A stretch of DNA of 64,000 bases from an uncultured Verrucomicrobiae bacterium (GCA_963735805.1 CAVTMK010000002.1:416001-480000); one strand, 5' to 3'. Counted from the stretch's first letter, positions 28,497 to 39,394 are shown. Translations and numbers: made by a program. Notes: a model not told the origin generated them from the letters alone.

Positions 28497-28838
28497 ATGT
28501 ACGAGCACCGAAAACAGCCTCTTATCAGCACGGCCAAATTTCTCAAGCGCGTTGCGCGGCACTGGCTGGCAGGATTTGGAGTTCTGGCTTTTGGCCTTGG
28601 CGTCGGCATTCTCGGGTATCATTATATTGCCGGCTTGAGCTGGATCGATTCACTCCTCAATGCGTCCATGATCCTCGGCGGAATGGGTCCAGTGGATCCC
28701 TTGAAGACCAACGCCGCGAAAATCTTCGCGTCGGGTTACGCTTTATTTGCAGGCCTGGCATTCATCGGCATCGTATCAGTGCTGCTCGCACCGTTCGTTC
28801 ATCGCCTGCTGCATCGCGTTCATGCTGAAGAGCAGTGA
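28497..28838 (+). CDS. Small membrane protein, ion-channel pore-like (two TM)
   Basis: TM - WIDSLLNASMILGGMGP - TM arrangement. Confidence 0.7.
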   Translation: MYEHRKQPLISTAKFLKRVARHWLAGFGVLAFGLGVGILGYHYIAGLSWIDSLLNASMILGGMGPVDPLKTNAAKIFASGYALFAGLAFIGIVSVLLAPFVHRLLHRVHAEEQ

Positions 28839-28865
28839 GTCCAGGTATTCTTTGAAGCTCTTAGA

Positions 28866-29219
28866 ATGAAAAACTTTCTATCACTTGTACTCGTTACAGC
28901 GACCATTCTGACGGCGATGGCAGGTTGTGCCCAGATAAAGAGGCCGGCGGCGCAGGTCAGTGCGGCTACGGTTGGTTTGCGTTTCGATCAAATTGGTTCG
29001 GTTTCGCTGTACGCCGGTGAGCCTTGCACTCCGCAAATTATGTTCGATTTTCACGGCACCCGATCAACGACGTGGCTGGCGGCGCCGAGACGTGAAACGC
29101 AAATCCTGACCGAGGCCGCAAGCAAACACCACCCTGTCCATATTCTGGGAAAATGGCGACATGGGGTGCAGTCGCCATGTAGCTACGTCGAAGTTACAGA
29201 CGCGGAACTAACCAGATGA
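28866..29219 (+). CDS. Hypothetical lipoprotein
   Basis: MKN + hydrophobic stretch + MAGC lipobox. Confidence 0.6.
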   Translation: MKNFLSLVLVTATILTAMAGCAQIKRPAAQVSAATVGLRFDQIGSVSLYAGEPCTPQIMFDFHGTRSTTWLAAPRRETQILTEAASKHHPVHILGKWRHGVQSPCSYVEVTDAELTR

Positions 29220-29311
29220 ATCCCAGGTAAATGGAAAAAACCCGCGGAAGTTCGGGGCGACTCACAATTCCGTACTCGCCTGCCGTTCGGCCAAAACGCT
29301 ATTCACCGCAA

Positions 29312-30742
29312 TCAATAGCGATAATTCTCTGATTTATAGGGGCCGTCGATTGGAACGCCGAGGTAATCGGCTTGCTTCCGGGAGAGCTTTGTGAGCTTCA
29401 CGCCGATTTTTTCCAGGTGCAGACGTGCGACTTCTTCATCGAGTTTTTTTGGTAAGACGTAAACCCCAACCTTGTAAGTGTCGCGATTTTTCCAGAGATC
29501 CAGCTGAGCCAGGACTTGATTGGAAAATGAATTCGACATGACAAAGCTTGGATGCCCGGTGGCGCATCCGAGGTTTACTAGCCGGCCTTCTGCGAGAAGG
29601 AAAATCTCGTGACCATCCGGAAATGTATATTTGTCTACCTGAGGTTTTATGTTGGTTTTCTTCACACCTTTGGCTGCGTTGAGCGCATCTACCTGAATCT
29701 CATTGTCGAAGTGACCGATGTTGGCGACGATTGCCTGGTCTTTCATTCGCTGCATATGATCAAGTGTGATTACGTCAATGTTCCCGCTCGCCGTGATATA
29801 AACCTCACCGCGACCGAGCGTATCTTCGATAGTCGTCACTTCATAGCCTTCCATCGCGGCTTGCAGTGCATTGATTGGATCAATCTCAGCGATGACAACA
29901 CGCGCGCCCTGACCGCGTAATGATTGTGCGCACCCTTTGCCGACATCGCCGTAACCGCAGACTACCGCAATCTTTCCGGCGAGCATCACGTCCATCGCGC
30001 GATTCAAGCCATCAACCAGCGAATGGCGGCAACCGTAAAGATTATCGAACTTCGATTTGGTGACGGAATCATTCACATTGATCGCCGGAACAAGCAGGTG
30101 GTTTTCCTGAAACATCTTGTAGAGCCGATGCACGCCGGTCGTAGTCTCTTCGGAAACGCCCCGCCAATCCTTTACAATCTCGTGCCAGCGGTAGGGATTC
30201 TCACGATGAATTTCGAGCAGCAAATCCTTGATGACCTGTTCCTCCTTGTTTTCCGATTTCGTCTTTGCCCAATCGCTGCCTTCTTCGAGTTCGTATCCCT
30301 TATGAATAAGCAACGTGGCGTCTCCGCCGTCATCGACTACCAGTTGTGGGCCTTTGCCCTCGGGAAAAGAAATCGCGCGATACGTGCAACGCCAGTAATC
30401 CTCAAGCGATTCGCCTTTCCATGCGAACACGGATATGCCGCGCTTTGCAATCGCTGCCGCAGCATGATCCTGCGTCGAAAAGATATTGCAGCTCGCCCAG
30501 CGGACGCTCGCCCCAAGATCGGTCAGCGTTTCAATCAACACCGCCGTTTGGATCGTCATGTGCAATGACCCCGTGATACGTACGCCTGAGAGCGGTTTCT
30601 GTGGCGCGTATTTTTCGCGGATCGCCATCAGGCCCGGCATTTCCTCCTCGGCGATGGAAATTTCCTTGCGGCCAAAGTCTGCAAGACTGATGTCTTTGAC
30701 TCTGTAATCTGTTTTCGTGTCTTCGATTGTTGTCGTGTCCAT
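29312..30742 (-). CDS. ahcY: S-adenosylhomocysteine hydrolase
   Basis: [38 protein letters not shown] and GHPSFVMS motifs; start taken at ATG 30742. Confidence 0.97.
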   Translation of the reverse strand: MDTTTIEDTKTDYRVKDISLADFGRKEISIAEEEMPGLMAIREKYAPQKPLSGVRITGSLHMTIQTAVLIETLTDLGASVRWASCNIFSTQDHAAAAIAKRGISVFAWKGESLEDYWRCTYRAISFPEGKGPQLVVDDGGDATLLIHKGYELEEGSDWAKTKSENKEEQVIKDLLLEIHRENPYRWHEIVKDWRGVSEETTTGVHRLYKMFQENHLLVPAINVNDSVTKSKFDNLYGCRHSLVDGLNRAMDVMLAGKIAVVCGYGDVGKGCAQSLRGQGARVVIAEIDPINALQAAMEGYEVTTIEDTLGRGEVYITASGNIDVITLDHMQRMKDQAIVANIGHFDNEIQVDALNAAKGVKKTNIKPQVDKYTFPDGHEIFLLAEGRLVNLGCATGHPSFVMSNSFSNQVLAQLDLWKNRDTYKVGVYVLPKKLDEEVARLHLEKIGVKLTKLSRKQADYLGVPIDGPYKSENYRY

Positions 30743-30764
30743 GGTTTTAAGTCTTAGTCTTGAA

Positions 30765-31940
30765 TTATTGTGCCGCGGCGCGCAGCTCATCTGTCTTGTT
30801 TGCTTTTTCCCAGGTGATATCCGGATCATCGATCTTCCCAAAGTGGCCGTAGTTGGTCGTTTTTGAGTAAATCGGGCGTAGCAAGTCGAGTTGTTGAACG
30901 ATCTCAGCAGGCTTGAAATTGAAAGTTGCCAGCACGGCGCGTTCGATTGCGGCTTCGTCCACCGTGTTTGTGCCAAATGTGTCGACGTGAACACTAAGCG
31001 GTTTGGGATGTCCGATTGCATAAGCGAATTGTACTTCGCATTTCTTTGCCAGCCCTGCTGCGACGACGTTTTTCGCCACCCATCGCGCCATGTAGGCGGC
31101 GCTGCGATCGACTTTGCTGGGATCTTTCCCTGAAAAAGCTCCGCCTCCGTGCCGCCCCATTCCACCGTAGGAATCGACAATAATTTTGCGGCCAGTGAGC
31201 CCGGTGTCGCCTTGTGGGCCGCCAACAACGAAATTACCAGTGGGATTCACTAGAAAGTGCGTCTCATTGCTTAACATGTCGGCAGGCAAAACTTTTTTGA
31301 TGACTTCCTCGATGATAAAGCTGCGAATTTCCGAGTGCTTTACATCCCGGCTGTGTTGGGTGGAAAGGACCACGCACGAAATTCCGATCGGCTTTCCATT
31401 TTCGTAGATCACGGACACCTGCGATTTGGCGTCCGGACGCAACCAACCCACTTTCCCGCTTTTGCGAAGGCGAGTGAGCTCACGACCCAAGCGATGCGCG
31501 AACATGATCGGCGCCGGCATCAATTCCGGTGTCTCGTTGCACGCGTAACCGAACATCAACCCCTGGTCGCCTGCGCCTTGTTCGGCAGTCTCCTTGCCAT
31601 CAGCCGCGCGTGCATCCACGCCCTGCGCGATGTCGGGAGACTGCTTGGTAATGATGTTGGAGACGAAAATTTTGTCGGCGTGAAAAACATCATCATCATT
31701 CACGTACCCGATCTCGCGTACAGTATCGCGAACGATCTGGACGTAATCGAGTTTCGCCTTGGTGGTAATTTCTCCGCCTACAATCACAATGTTGCTCTTC
31801 GCGTAGGTCTCACAGGCCACGCGACTGTGGCGATCTTGCGCGAGACAGGCATCGAGGACGGAATCAGAAATCGTATCACAAACTTTGTCGGGATGACCTT
31901 CCCCGACCGATTCGGAAGAGAAAATGTAGCGACGTGGCAT
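30765..31940 (-). CDS. metK: S-adenosylmethionine synthetase
   Basis: [17 protein letters not shown] and [16 protein letters not shown] motifs. Confidence 0.98.
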   Translation of the reverse strand: MPRRYIFSSESVGEGHPDKVCDTISDSVLDACLAQDRHSRVACETYAKSNIVIVGGEITTKAKLDYVQIVRDTVREIGYVNDDDVFHADKIFVSNIITKQSPDIAQGVDARAADGKETAEQGAGDQGLMFGYACNETPELMPAPIMFAHRLGRELTRLRKSGKVGWLRPDAKSQVSVIYENGKPIGISCVVLSTQHSRDVKHSEIRSFIIEEVIKKVLPADMLSNETHFLVNPTGNFVVGGPQGDTGLTGRKIIVDSYGGMGRHGGGAFSGKDPSKVDRSAAYMARWVAKNVVAAGLAKKCEVQFAYAIGHPKPLSVHVDTFGTNTVDEAAIERAVLATFNFKPAEIVQQLDLLRPIYSKTTNYGHFGKIDDPDITWEKANKTDELRAAAQ

Positions 31941-31941
31941 G

Positions 31942-32041
31942 GTTGAAGAACGTTAAGCGTTGAAGGGTTGAAACGTTAAAGCAGTCGACCACCAGAGGTG
32001 TTATCAAAGTTGCAACGGTTTAACGCTTCAACGATGTAACG
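31942..32041. repeat. Two inverted arrays of ~8-nt tandem repeats in the metK leader
   Basis: gttgaagaacgttaagcgttgaagggttgaaacgttaaag versus gcaacggtttaacgcttcaacgatgtaacg. Confidence 0.6.
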
Positions 32042-32053
32042 AGGTTGGCAGAC

Positions 32054-32086
32054 ATATTGACCAATCATGATACGTCGATATATCGT
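32054..32086 (+). promoter_or_regulatory. Putative promoter (-35 TTGACC / -10 TATCGT) overlapped by imperfect ATATC-N10-GATAT palindromes, candidate SahR-type operator
   Basis: atattgaccaatcatgatac (32054-32073) and caatcatgatacgtcgatat (32062-32081) lie between the divergent metK and regulator genes. Confidence 0.5.
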
Positions 32087-32097
32087 AGGCCACTGTC

Positions 32098-33030
32098 ATG
32101 GCGTCAACCATTAATTTGTTGCGGCTGCTGGCCGACCCGACCCGGGTGCGTCTGTTGCTTCTCTTGGAGCAGGAGGAGCTCTCGGTGGCCGAGTTACAGC
32201 AGATTCTCGGAATGGGCCAGTCACGGATTTCCAGCCATCTGGCCCAATTGAAGCGGGCCGGCGTCGTCTCTGATCGGCGGGTAGGCAAAAATGTGTATTA
32301 CGGAGCCAACCATCACGGGCGGAATTCACAGCGAGAGCGAGTTGAAGAAATTACCCGTTTGCTCGCCCGAGAACTGCCGGAAACAACACGCGATCGGACA
32401 AGTCTAAAGCTTGTGTTGCACAAACGTCAGGACAAGGCGCGCAAATACTTTGATGAACTCGCCGGTAAGTTTGGCCGAAGTTATGTGCCGGGCCGGTCGT
32501 GGAAAGCGCTGGCGCACGCGCTGATTACCATGCTGCCGCCGCTGACGGTCGCCGACCTCGGGGCGGGCGAGGGGACGCTTTCCCAGCTACTGGCCAAAAA
32601 CGCGCGCAAGGTTATCGCCCTCGATAATTCGCCGAAGATGGTCGAATTTGGTAGACAGTTGGCCAAGAAACACGGAATCAAGAACCTCGAATACCGGCTT
32701 GGCGATATCGAGGATCCACCGATTGCCAAAAATAGTATTGGTCTCGCGATTCTGAGCCAGGCGTTACATCATGCCATTCATCCCCAGCGCGCAGTTTCTG
32801 CAGCCCATCGGATTTTAAAGCGTGGTGCGCGACTGGTTATTCTCGACCTATTGAGCCACCGGTTCGAACGAGCCCGGGAATTGTATGCAGACCACTGGCT
32901 GGGGTTTAGCGAAGTACAATTGCATCAGTTTCTCGAAAAGAGTGGTTTTCGCCAAATTGAAGTGACCGTTGTATCGCGGGAAAAACAAAGCCCGCAATTC
33001 CAAACGGTTTTCGCTACAGGCGTGAAGTGA
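32098..33030 (+). CDS. ArsR-family HTH + SAM-dependent methyltransferase-fold regulator (SahR-like)
   Basis: LADPTRVRLL...QSRISSHLAQL; ADLGAGEG; divergent from metK-ahcY. Confidence 0.88.
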   Translation: MASTINLLRLLADPTRVRLLLLLEQEELSVAELQQILGMGQSRISSHLAQLKRAGVVSDRRVGKNVYYGANHHGRNSQRERVEEITRLLARELPETTRDRTSLKLVLHKRQDKARKYFDELAGKFGRSYVPGRSWKALAHALITMLPPLTVADLGAGEGTLSQLLAKNARKVIALDNSPKMVEFGRQLAKKHGIKNLEYRLGDIEDPPIAKNSIGLAILSQALHHAIHPQRAVSAAHRILKRGARLVILDLLSHRFERARELYADHWLGFSEVQLHQFLEKSGFRQIEVTVVSREKQSPQFQTVFATGVK

Positions 33031-33101
33031 ACGTGGAAGGCACTTTTTGTGTCTAACATGTGCCTTTGCGGTATCGTCCCATGCAGACCCAATCTCTTTT
33101 T

Positions 33102-35093
33102 ATGAGCGGTTTCTTGGAGGAGGTGAAACGGCGCAAGGTTTATCAGGTCGCGGCGGCTTATGTTATCGCGGCTGGGGGCATCATCCAGCTTGCTTCAGCA
33201 GCGTTTCCAGCATGGGACTTGCCAAACTGGGCGCTGCGCTTGGTAATCGTGCTGTCGCTGCTCGGCTTTCCGATCGCGCTCATTCTTGCCTGGGCGTACG
33301 ACATTACGGCGCAGGGGGTTCGGGCAACTCCGACGATTGCGGGACCGCGGTCGCATCATCGCCGTAATCTAGTCATGCTTGTGGCAAGCGGGGTGATCAT
33401 TTCAGCTGCCGCCGGATTCTTCCTCCTGCCTCGGGTCTCCGCGCACAAGGTCGACAAGTCGATTGCGGTGCTGCCATTTGAGAATCTCAGCGATGAAAAG
33501 GATAATGCCTATTTTGCAGACGGCATTCAGGATGACGTCCTTACTAATTTGTCGAAAGTCGGCGACCTGAAGGTGATTTCCCGTACGTCGGTTATGCCAT
33601 ATCGTGGGAAAACGTCGAACGTTCGTGAAATCGGAAAGGCTCTGGGGGTAGCTTCTATTCTCGAAGGCAGTGTTCGGCGCATCGGTAATCGGGTGCGCGT
33701 AAATGTGCAATTGATTAATGCTGACACGGATGAGCACCTCTGGGCCGAAGATTACGATCGCGATTTAACTGATGTCTTCGCCATTCAAACCGATCTGGCG
33801 CAAAAGATCGTACACGAATTGCAAGCGAAGCTGTCACCCACGGAAAAGGCGCAGATCGAGCGCAAGCCCACGGAAAGCAGCGAAGCCTACTTCGCGTTTC
33901 TCCAAGCTCACGATTTGTGCACGCGTCCGGACAGACCTCTCCCAGCTATTGAAAAGGCTGAGCAATTTTATGAGCAGGCAGCAAGACTCGATCCGGACTT
34001 TGCACGTGCGTTTGCCGGGCTGGCATGGGTCCACGATTGGATGTACCACACCTACGATCCCACTCCCGCCCGAAAGGAAAAGGCGCATGCGGCGGCCGAC
34101 ACGGCCATTCGCCTGCAGCCGGACCTGCCCGAGGCACATTTAGGGCTGGGTTTTTATTATTACTACTGCGAGCGCAATTATGAGAAAGCGCTGGACGAAT
34201 TTGCGATTGCAAAACGAAGTTTGCCAAATTCCGCGGAGGCGTACATGGCGATTGCGTCGATTGAGCGCCGTCAAGGCAAATGGGCGGAGTCCACAGCCAA
34301 CTTCGAGAAGGCGGCATCCCTGAGTCCAAAGGACGCATTCCTCCTCGTGAATCTCGGCGATAATTATCGGGCCAACAAAAGCTTCGAAGCCGCAGACAAG
34401 ATTTTCGATCGCGCAATCGAAGCTGCACCCAACTCATTGAATGCACGCGGGGAGAAAGGCAAGCTTGCCTTGGATTTGAAAGGCGACTTCAGCGAGATAG
34501 AGAGGCAATTGACGCAAATGGCGGCTTGGGACGATCCCGAAAAAGTCGTAACACTCGGCTGGGCAAAGATTTTGATGCTGCAGCGAAGATTCGCCGAGGC
34601 GTTCGCGGCGTTGAACCAACTGCCGCAAGAGCTCATTCGCGACGGTACCGCGCCGGTCCCGAAAGCGTCTCTTCAAGGTATGCTTTATCTGTTCGAGGGC
34701 GACAAGGCGAACGCGCAAGCTGCTTTCCGGCAGGCACTTCCAGTTGCGGAACACTCCCTGCGCGAGAGCCCAAATGACGCTGGTCGACATATACAACTTG
34801 GTTTTATTTTGACGGGCTTGGACCGCAAGGAAGAAGCCATCGCCGAGGGAAAGCGTGCAGTCGAACTAAAGCCAGAATCGGCGGATGCCTTAGATGGTCC
34901 GCAGGTGACGGCTTCGCTCGCTCAAATCTACGCATGGGTTGGCGAAAAGGATGAGGCCTTGCAACTGGTCGATCGTTTACTCGAGACTCCCAATGGAGTC
35001 ACCGTCCCGATGCTGAAATTGGACCCTATGTGGGATCCGCTTCGTAACGATCCGCGCTTTCAGGCTTTGATCGACAAGTACGCGAAAATTTAG
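33102..35093 (+). CDS. Membrane-anchored TolB-like/TPR protein, paralog 1
   Basis: EVKRRKVY + 3 TM, KSIAVLPFENLS...LKVISRTS...EGSVRR, TPRs, DPMWDPLRNDPRF. Confidence 0.9.
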   Translation: MSGFLEEVKRRKVYQVAAAYVIAAGGIIQLASAAFPAWDLPNWALRLVIVLSLLGFPIALILAWAYDITAQGVRATPTIAGPRSHHRRNLVMLVASGVIISAAAGFFLLPRVSAHKVDKSIAVLPFENLSDEKDNAYFADGIQDDVLTNLSKVGDLKVISRTSVMPYRGKTSNVREIGKALGVASILEGSVRRIGNRVRVNVQLINADTDEHLWAEDYDRDLTDVFAIQTDLAQKIVHELQAKLSPTEKAQIERKPTESSEAYFAFLQAHDLCTRPDRPLPAIEKAEQFYEQAARLDPDFARAFAGLAWVHDWMYHTYDPTPARKEKAHAAADTAIRLQPDLPEAHLGLGFYYYYCERNYEKALDEFAIAKRSLPNSAEAYMAIASIERRQGKWAESTANFEKAASLSPKDAFLLVNLGDNYRANKSFEAADKIFDRAIEAAPNSLNARGEKGKLALDLKGDFSEIERQLTQMAAWDDPEKVVTLGWAKILMLQRRFAEAFAALNQLPQELIRDGTAPVPKASLQGMLYLFEGDKANAQAAFRQALPVAEHSLRESPNDAGRHIQLGFILTGLDRKEEAIAEGKRAVELKPESADALDGPQVTASLAQIYAWVGEKDEALQLVDRLLETPNGVTVPMLKLDPMWDPLRNDPRFQALIDKYAKI

Positions 35094-35253
35094 GGGCTTT
35101 TGCTTTTCACACTCGATAAGAGCGAGTCCGGAGCGAATGCTACGAGCAGAATCGGCAACGGGACACTCAGCTGCATAAAGTGAACGCCAGCGCCAGTTCG
35201 CGTGTCAGTATTGTGGCCGTTGGTTTATGGTCTCGCCCGATAAAACTGTAGCC

Positions 35254-37239
35254 ATGACCGGCTTCTTCGATGAAGTAAGGCGGCGCAAGGTTTATCGGGT
35301 AGCGGCGGCGTATATCATCGCTGCCGGCGGCATCATACAGCTGGCCTCAGCGGCTTTTCCAGCATGGGAGTTGCCAAACTGGGCGCTCCGCCTGGTGATC
35401 GCGCTCTTACTGTTGGGCTTTCCGATCGCCCTAATCCTTGCCTGGGCGTACGACATTACCGACCAGGGTATTCGCGTAACGCCGACGCCAGCTGCGCCCG
35501 GATTGCATCGTCGACGGAACATCATCATGCTCGTTATGACCGGTGTAGCCATTTCCGCGGCCACCGGGTTCTTTCTGCTGCCTCGAGTCTCAGCGCACAA
35601 GTGCGACAAGTCGATTGCAGTATTGCCATTTGAAAACCTGAGCGACGAAAAGGAAAACGCCTACTTTGCAGACGGTATTCAGGACGACGTGCTCACCAAC
35701 TTGTCGAAGGTCGGCGACCTGAAAGTCATTTCGCGCACATCGGTCATGCCATATCGAGGAAAGGGATCGAACGTTCGCGAGATCGGAAAGGCTCTGGGAG
35801 TTGGTGCTATTTTGGAAGGGAGCGTTCGCCGCGATGGCAATCGGGTGCGGGTCAATGTGCAATTGATCAACGCCGACACCGACGAGCACATGTGGGCGGA
35901 AGATTACGATCGTGATTTAACCGATGTGTTTGCAATTCAAACGGATCTCGCTCAGCAAATCGTGCGTGAGTTGCAGGCCAAACTATCGCCGATAGAGAAG
36001 GAGCAAATCGAGCAAAGGCCGACCGAAAACGGCGAAGCCTATCTGGCTTTTATGCAGGGACACGAAATCTTTTGTCGGCCCGACAAATTCCGCAGCAATA
36101 CAGAAAAGGCTGAGGAACTTTTTGAGAAGGCTACGAAGCTCGACCCAAACTTCGCCCGTGCGTTTGCTGCGTTGGCCTGGGTCCATGATTGGAATTATCA
36201 CGATTTCGATCCCACGCCTGCGCGAAAGGAAAAAGCGCGTGCCGCAGCACAGGAAGCGCTTCGGTTGCAACCCAACCTGCCTGAGGCCCGTCTCGCAATG
36301 GGTTTTTACTATTATTATTGTGAGCGTGATTATCAGGGCGCTCTCGACCAGTTCGCTATTGCGAAGCTGCGTTTACCAAACTCCCCCGAAGTTTATATGG
36401 CCATTGGTGCCATTGAGCGTCGCCAGGGCAAATGGAAGGAATCAACCGCGAATCTGGAGAAGGCGGCGTCTCTCAGTCCCAAGGACGCGTGGGTTCTTCA
36501 AAACCTCGCTGACAATTATTTGGCCAACAAAAATTTTGAGGCTGCAGACAAGATTTTCGACCGCGCCATTGAGGCTGCTCCCAGCTCATTTAGCCCGTGG
36601 GCAGAGAAAGCGAAGCTTGCTATCGATTGGAAGGGAGATCTGAGCGTAATGGAGAAAGCGTTGACTAAACTGCCGACAGGGGTCGATTCCGATGGTCTTG
36701 CCACATTCGCGCGTGTGCAATTCTTTCTGTTTCAACGAAAATTTTCCGACGCGCTCACGGTTCTAGAGCAATCGCCGCAAGATGTGTCTCACAACGATAA
36801 ACCGAGGGAACTTTTTGAGGGCGCAATTTATAGCTATTTAAACGATAAGGAGAAGGCAGTTTCGGCCTTCGAACGCGCTCGGCCCATAGCAGAAAAAGCC
36901 TTGCGCGAAAGTCCGGATGACGCGTCACGGCACGTGACCCTCGGTTTCATTCTGGCGGGGCTTGGTAAAAAAGACGCGGCCATTGAGGAGGGCAAGCGTG
37001 CAGTCGAGCTTCTACCTGAATCTCAAGACGCTTTCGACGGGCCCAAGATGACCGTAGCGCTTGCTCAAATCTACGCGTGGACAGGCGAAAGCGATCAAGC
37101 TCTTCAGCTTCTGGACCGTTCGTTGAATACGCCAAACGGGATTACAGTTCCTTTCCTGCGACTTGATCCGATTTGGGAACCGCTGCGAAACGATCCGCGT
37201 TTTCAGGCGTTGATCGACAGGCACGAAGCGAAAGCTTAA
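35254..37239 (+). CDS. Membrane-anchored TolB-like/TPR protein, paralog 2
   Basis: Same architecture as paralog 1. Confidence 0.9.
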   Translation: MTGFFDEVRRRKVYRVAAAYIIAAGGIIQLASAAFPAWELPNWALRLVIALLLLGFPIALILAWAYDITDQGIRVTPTPAAPGLHRRRNIIMLVMTGVAISAATGFFLLPRVSAHKCDKSIAVLPFENLSDEKENAYFADGIQDDVLTNLSKVGDLKVISRTSVMPYRGKGSNVREIGKALGVGAILEGSVRRDGNRVRVNVQLINADTDEHMWAEDYDRDLTDVFAIQTDLAQQIVRELQAKLSPIEKEQIEQRPTENGEAYLAFMQGHEIFCRPDKFRSNTEKAEELFEKATKLDPNFARAFAALAWVHDWNYHDFDPTPARKEKARAAAQEALRLQPNLPEARLAMGFYYYYCERDYQGALDQFAIAKLRLPNSPEVYMAIGAIERRQGKWKESTANLEKAASLSPKDAWVLQNLADNYLANKNFEAADKIFDRAIEAAPSSFSPWAEKAKLAIDWKGDLSVMEKALTKLPTGVDSDGLATFARVQFFLFQRKFSDALTVLEQSPQDVSHNDKPRELFEGAIYSYLNDKEKAVSAFERARPIAEKALRESPDDASRHVTLGFILAGLGKKDAAIEEGKRAVELLPESQDAFDGPKMTVALAQIYAWTGESDQALQLLDRSLNTPNGITVPFLRLDPIWEPLRNDPRFQALIDRHEAKA

Positions 37240-37399
37240 GCGCCGGATTTCTTTTTACTCTCGACGAAAACCATCATTGCGAATGGCGGGATAAAATTCG
37301 CAAAGCAGACAGCTACCCGTGTGAAATGGATATCGTTGTCTATTTTCGTGTCGTTATTTTCGCCGTTGAACTATAGTCCCGACAACGAAATCTCCTGAT

Positions 37400-39394
37400 A
37401 TGAGCGGTTTCTTCGAGGAAGTGAAACGGCGCAAAGTTTACCGAGTGGTGGCGGCTTACATCGTCGCGGCTGGCGGAATTATACAACTTGCTTCGGCTGC
37501 CTTTCCGGCATGGGACTTGCCAAACTGGGCTCTGCGGTTGGTGATCGCCCTGTTACTCCTCGGTTTTCCAATCGCGCTCATGCTTGCCTGGGCATATGAC
37601 ATCACTCCCCAGGGTGTGCGCGCCACCCCGGCACCTGCGCGGCACCGTCGTCGCAATGTAATCATGCTTATAGCGACGGGCGTAATAATTTCGGCTGGGG
37701 CGGGTTTTTTTCTCCTGCCTCGACTGTCAGCGCACAAGATCGACAAGTCGATTGCGGTGTTGCCTTTCGAAAGTTTCAGTGATGACAAAGAGAACGCCTA
37801 TTTTGCGGACGGCATTCAAGATGACGTGCTGACCAATTTATCGAAAATCGGCGATTTGAAGGTGATTTCACGCACGTCGGTCATGCCATATCGGGGGAAA
37901 GCGTCAAATGTTCGTGAGATCGGAAAGGCTCTGGGAGTCGGTTCCATTCTGGAAGGCAGTGTGCGTAAGGTCGGCAATCGGGTGCGGGTCAATGTGCAAT
38001 TGATTAACGCCGACACCGACGAGCATATCTGGGCGGAAGATTACGATCGCGAGCTGACTGATGTGTTCGCGATTCAAACCGATCTCGCGCAAAAAATCGC
38101 GAACGAGCTACGGGCAAAGTTATCGCCTAGCGAAAAAGCGCAGATGGAACGCAAACCGACTGACAATGGCGAGGCTTATCTGGCTTTTGTGCAGGCGCAT
38201 AATCTTTCCATGGCCGTCGAGGACCTAGAAAAACTGAGACAAAGCGAGCAGCTTTATCAGCGTGCCATCGATTTGGACCCAAACTTTGCCCTTGCCATTG
38301 CGCGCTACTCGCAGTTGGAAAGCTGGATTCAGCACACCTTTGAAAAGACCGCGGAGCTGCGCGAAAAAGCGCGGACCCTTGCCGAGCGGGCTCTGGAATT
38401 GCAACCCGACTTACCGGAAGCACATCTGGCTCTCGGATGCTCATATTACTACGGCGACAACAACTACGACGCAGCGCTGAAAGAATTCGAAATCGCGCAA
38501 CGTGGATTGCCTAACGAATCGGAAGTCTATCTTTCCCTCGGCGCAATCCAACGACGTCAGGGAAAGTGGACCGAATCAACGGCCAATCTGGAGAAAGCAG
38601 TCAGCCTTAATCCGAAGGATATCTGGCCGCTGCAGAATCTGGCGTTCAACTATCAGATGTTGCGCGATTTTGACAACGCGGAAAAGACTATCGATCGCGC
38701 GCTGGTATTGGATCCGACCGCGGTAGGTCCTTGGGACGTAAAGTCAAAGCTGGCCATCCTTGGGGAGGGCGACTTCAGTGTTGCAGAGAAGGGATTTGAA
38801 GCCGTGAAATCGGTTCCAATGTCCAGCGAGCAAAAGCTTAAGATAATCGGATCGCGTACGGAGGTTTTTCTTTTAGAACGCAAGTACCAAGAAGGATTGC
38901 AGCAAGCTGAAAGCTTGCCGGACGACCAAATCGCCGCGTTTCCGGGAGGTTTGTGGGCCAAGTATTACTTCATTGGCTTTGCGCGGAAGGCGCTGCAAGA
39001 CGAGCCTGAGGCGCGAGCAGCGTTTGAGAAGGCGAAAAGCAGCGCCGAGGAACAGGTGAGACGGAGTCCTGATTCCGAGGATGCCCACATTCAGTTGGCA
39101 AAAGTCCTCGCGCAACTCGGGGAAAAGGACGCCGCGGTCGCCGAGGCCCAGCGCGCGACTGACTTACGTCCAGAGAGCAAAGACGCGTTTGGCGGTCCGG
39201 AGATTACAGCTGGGGTGGCAGAAGTTTACGCCATCCTTGGCCAGAACGATCGTGCAATTGAAATCCTGGACGGATTATTGAGCCGGCCGAGTGCGATCAC
39301 CGTGGAAGGCCTGAAAATAAATCCAATTTGGGATTCGTTGCGCAGCGATCCGCGTTTTCAGGCATTGCTGCAGAAATACGGCGCTAAAGCCTAG
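37400..39394 (+). CDS. Membrane-anchored TolB-like/TPR protein, paralog 3
   Basis: Same architecture as paralog 1. Confidence 0.9.
   Translation: MSGFFEEVKRRKVYRVVAAYIVAAGGIIQLASAAFPAWDLPNWALRLVIALLLLGFPIALMLAWAYDITPQGVRATPAPARHRRRNVIMLIATGVIISAGAGFFLLPRLSAHKIDKSIAVLPFESFSDDKENAYFADGIQDDVLTNLSKIGDLKVISRTSVMPYRGKASNVREIGKALGVGSILEGSVRKVGNRVRVNVQLINADTDEHIWAEDYDRELTDVFAIQTDLAQKIANELRAKLSPSEKAQMERKPTDNGEAYLAFVQAHNLSMAVEDLEKLRQSEQLYQRAIDLDPNFALAIARYSQLESWIQHTFEKTAELREKARTLAERALELQPDLPEAHLALGCSYYYGDNNYDAALKEFEIAQRGLPNESEVYLSLGAIQRRQGKWTESTANLEKAVSLNPKDIWPLQNLAFNYQMLRDFDNAEKTIDRALVLDPTAVGPWDVKSKLAILGEGDFSVAEKGFEAVKSVPMSSEQKLKIIGSRTEVFLLERKYQEGLQQAESLPDDQIAAFPGGLWAKYYFIGFARKALQDEPEARAAFEKAKSSAEEQVRRSPDSEDAHIQLAKVLAQLGEKDAAVAEAQRATDLRPESKDAFGGPEITAGVAEVYAILGQNDRAIEILDGLLSRPSAITVEGLKINPIWDSLRSDPRFQALLQKYGAKA

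Noticed and set aside
30743..31228. 162-aa N-terminal extension of AhcY in the ORF track
   Set aside because: It overlaps metK in another frame and has no AhcY similarity; ATG 30742 gives a normal-length protein.
31941..32097. SAM or SAH riboswitch upstream of metK-ahcY
   Set aside because: No recognisable aptamer consensus; the region is explained by short tandem repeats and a candidate protein operator.
33102..39394. Diversity-generating retroelement template/variable repeats in the TPR triplet
   Set aside because: There is no reverse transcriptase, and the differences look like ordinary paralog divergence, not adenine-specific changes.
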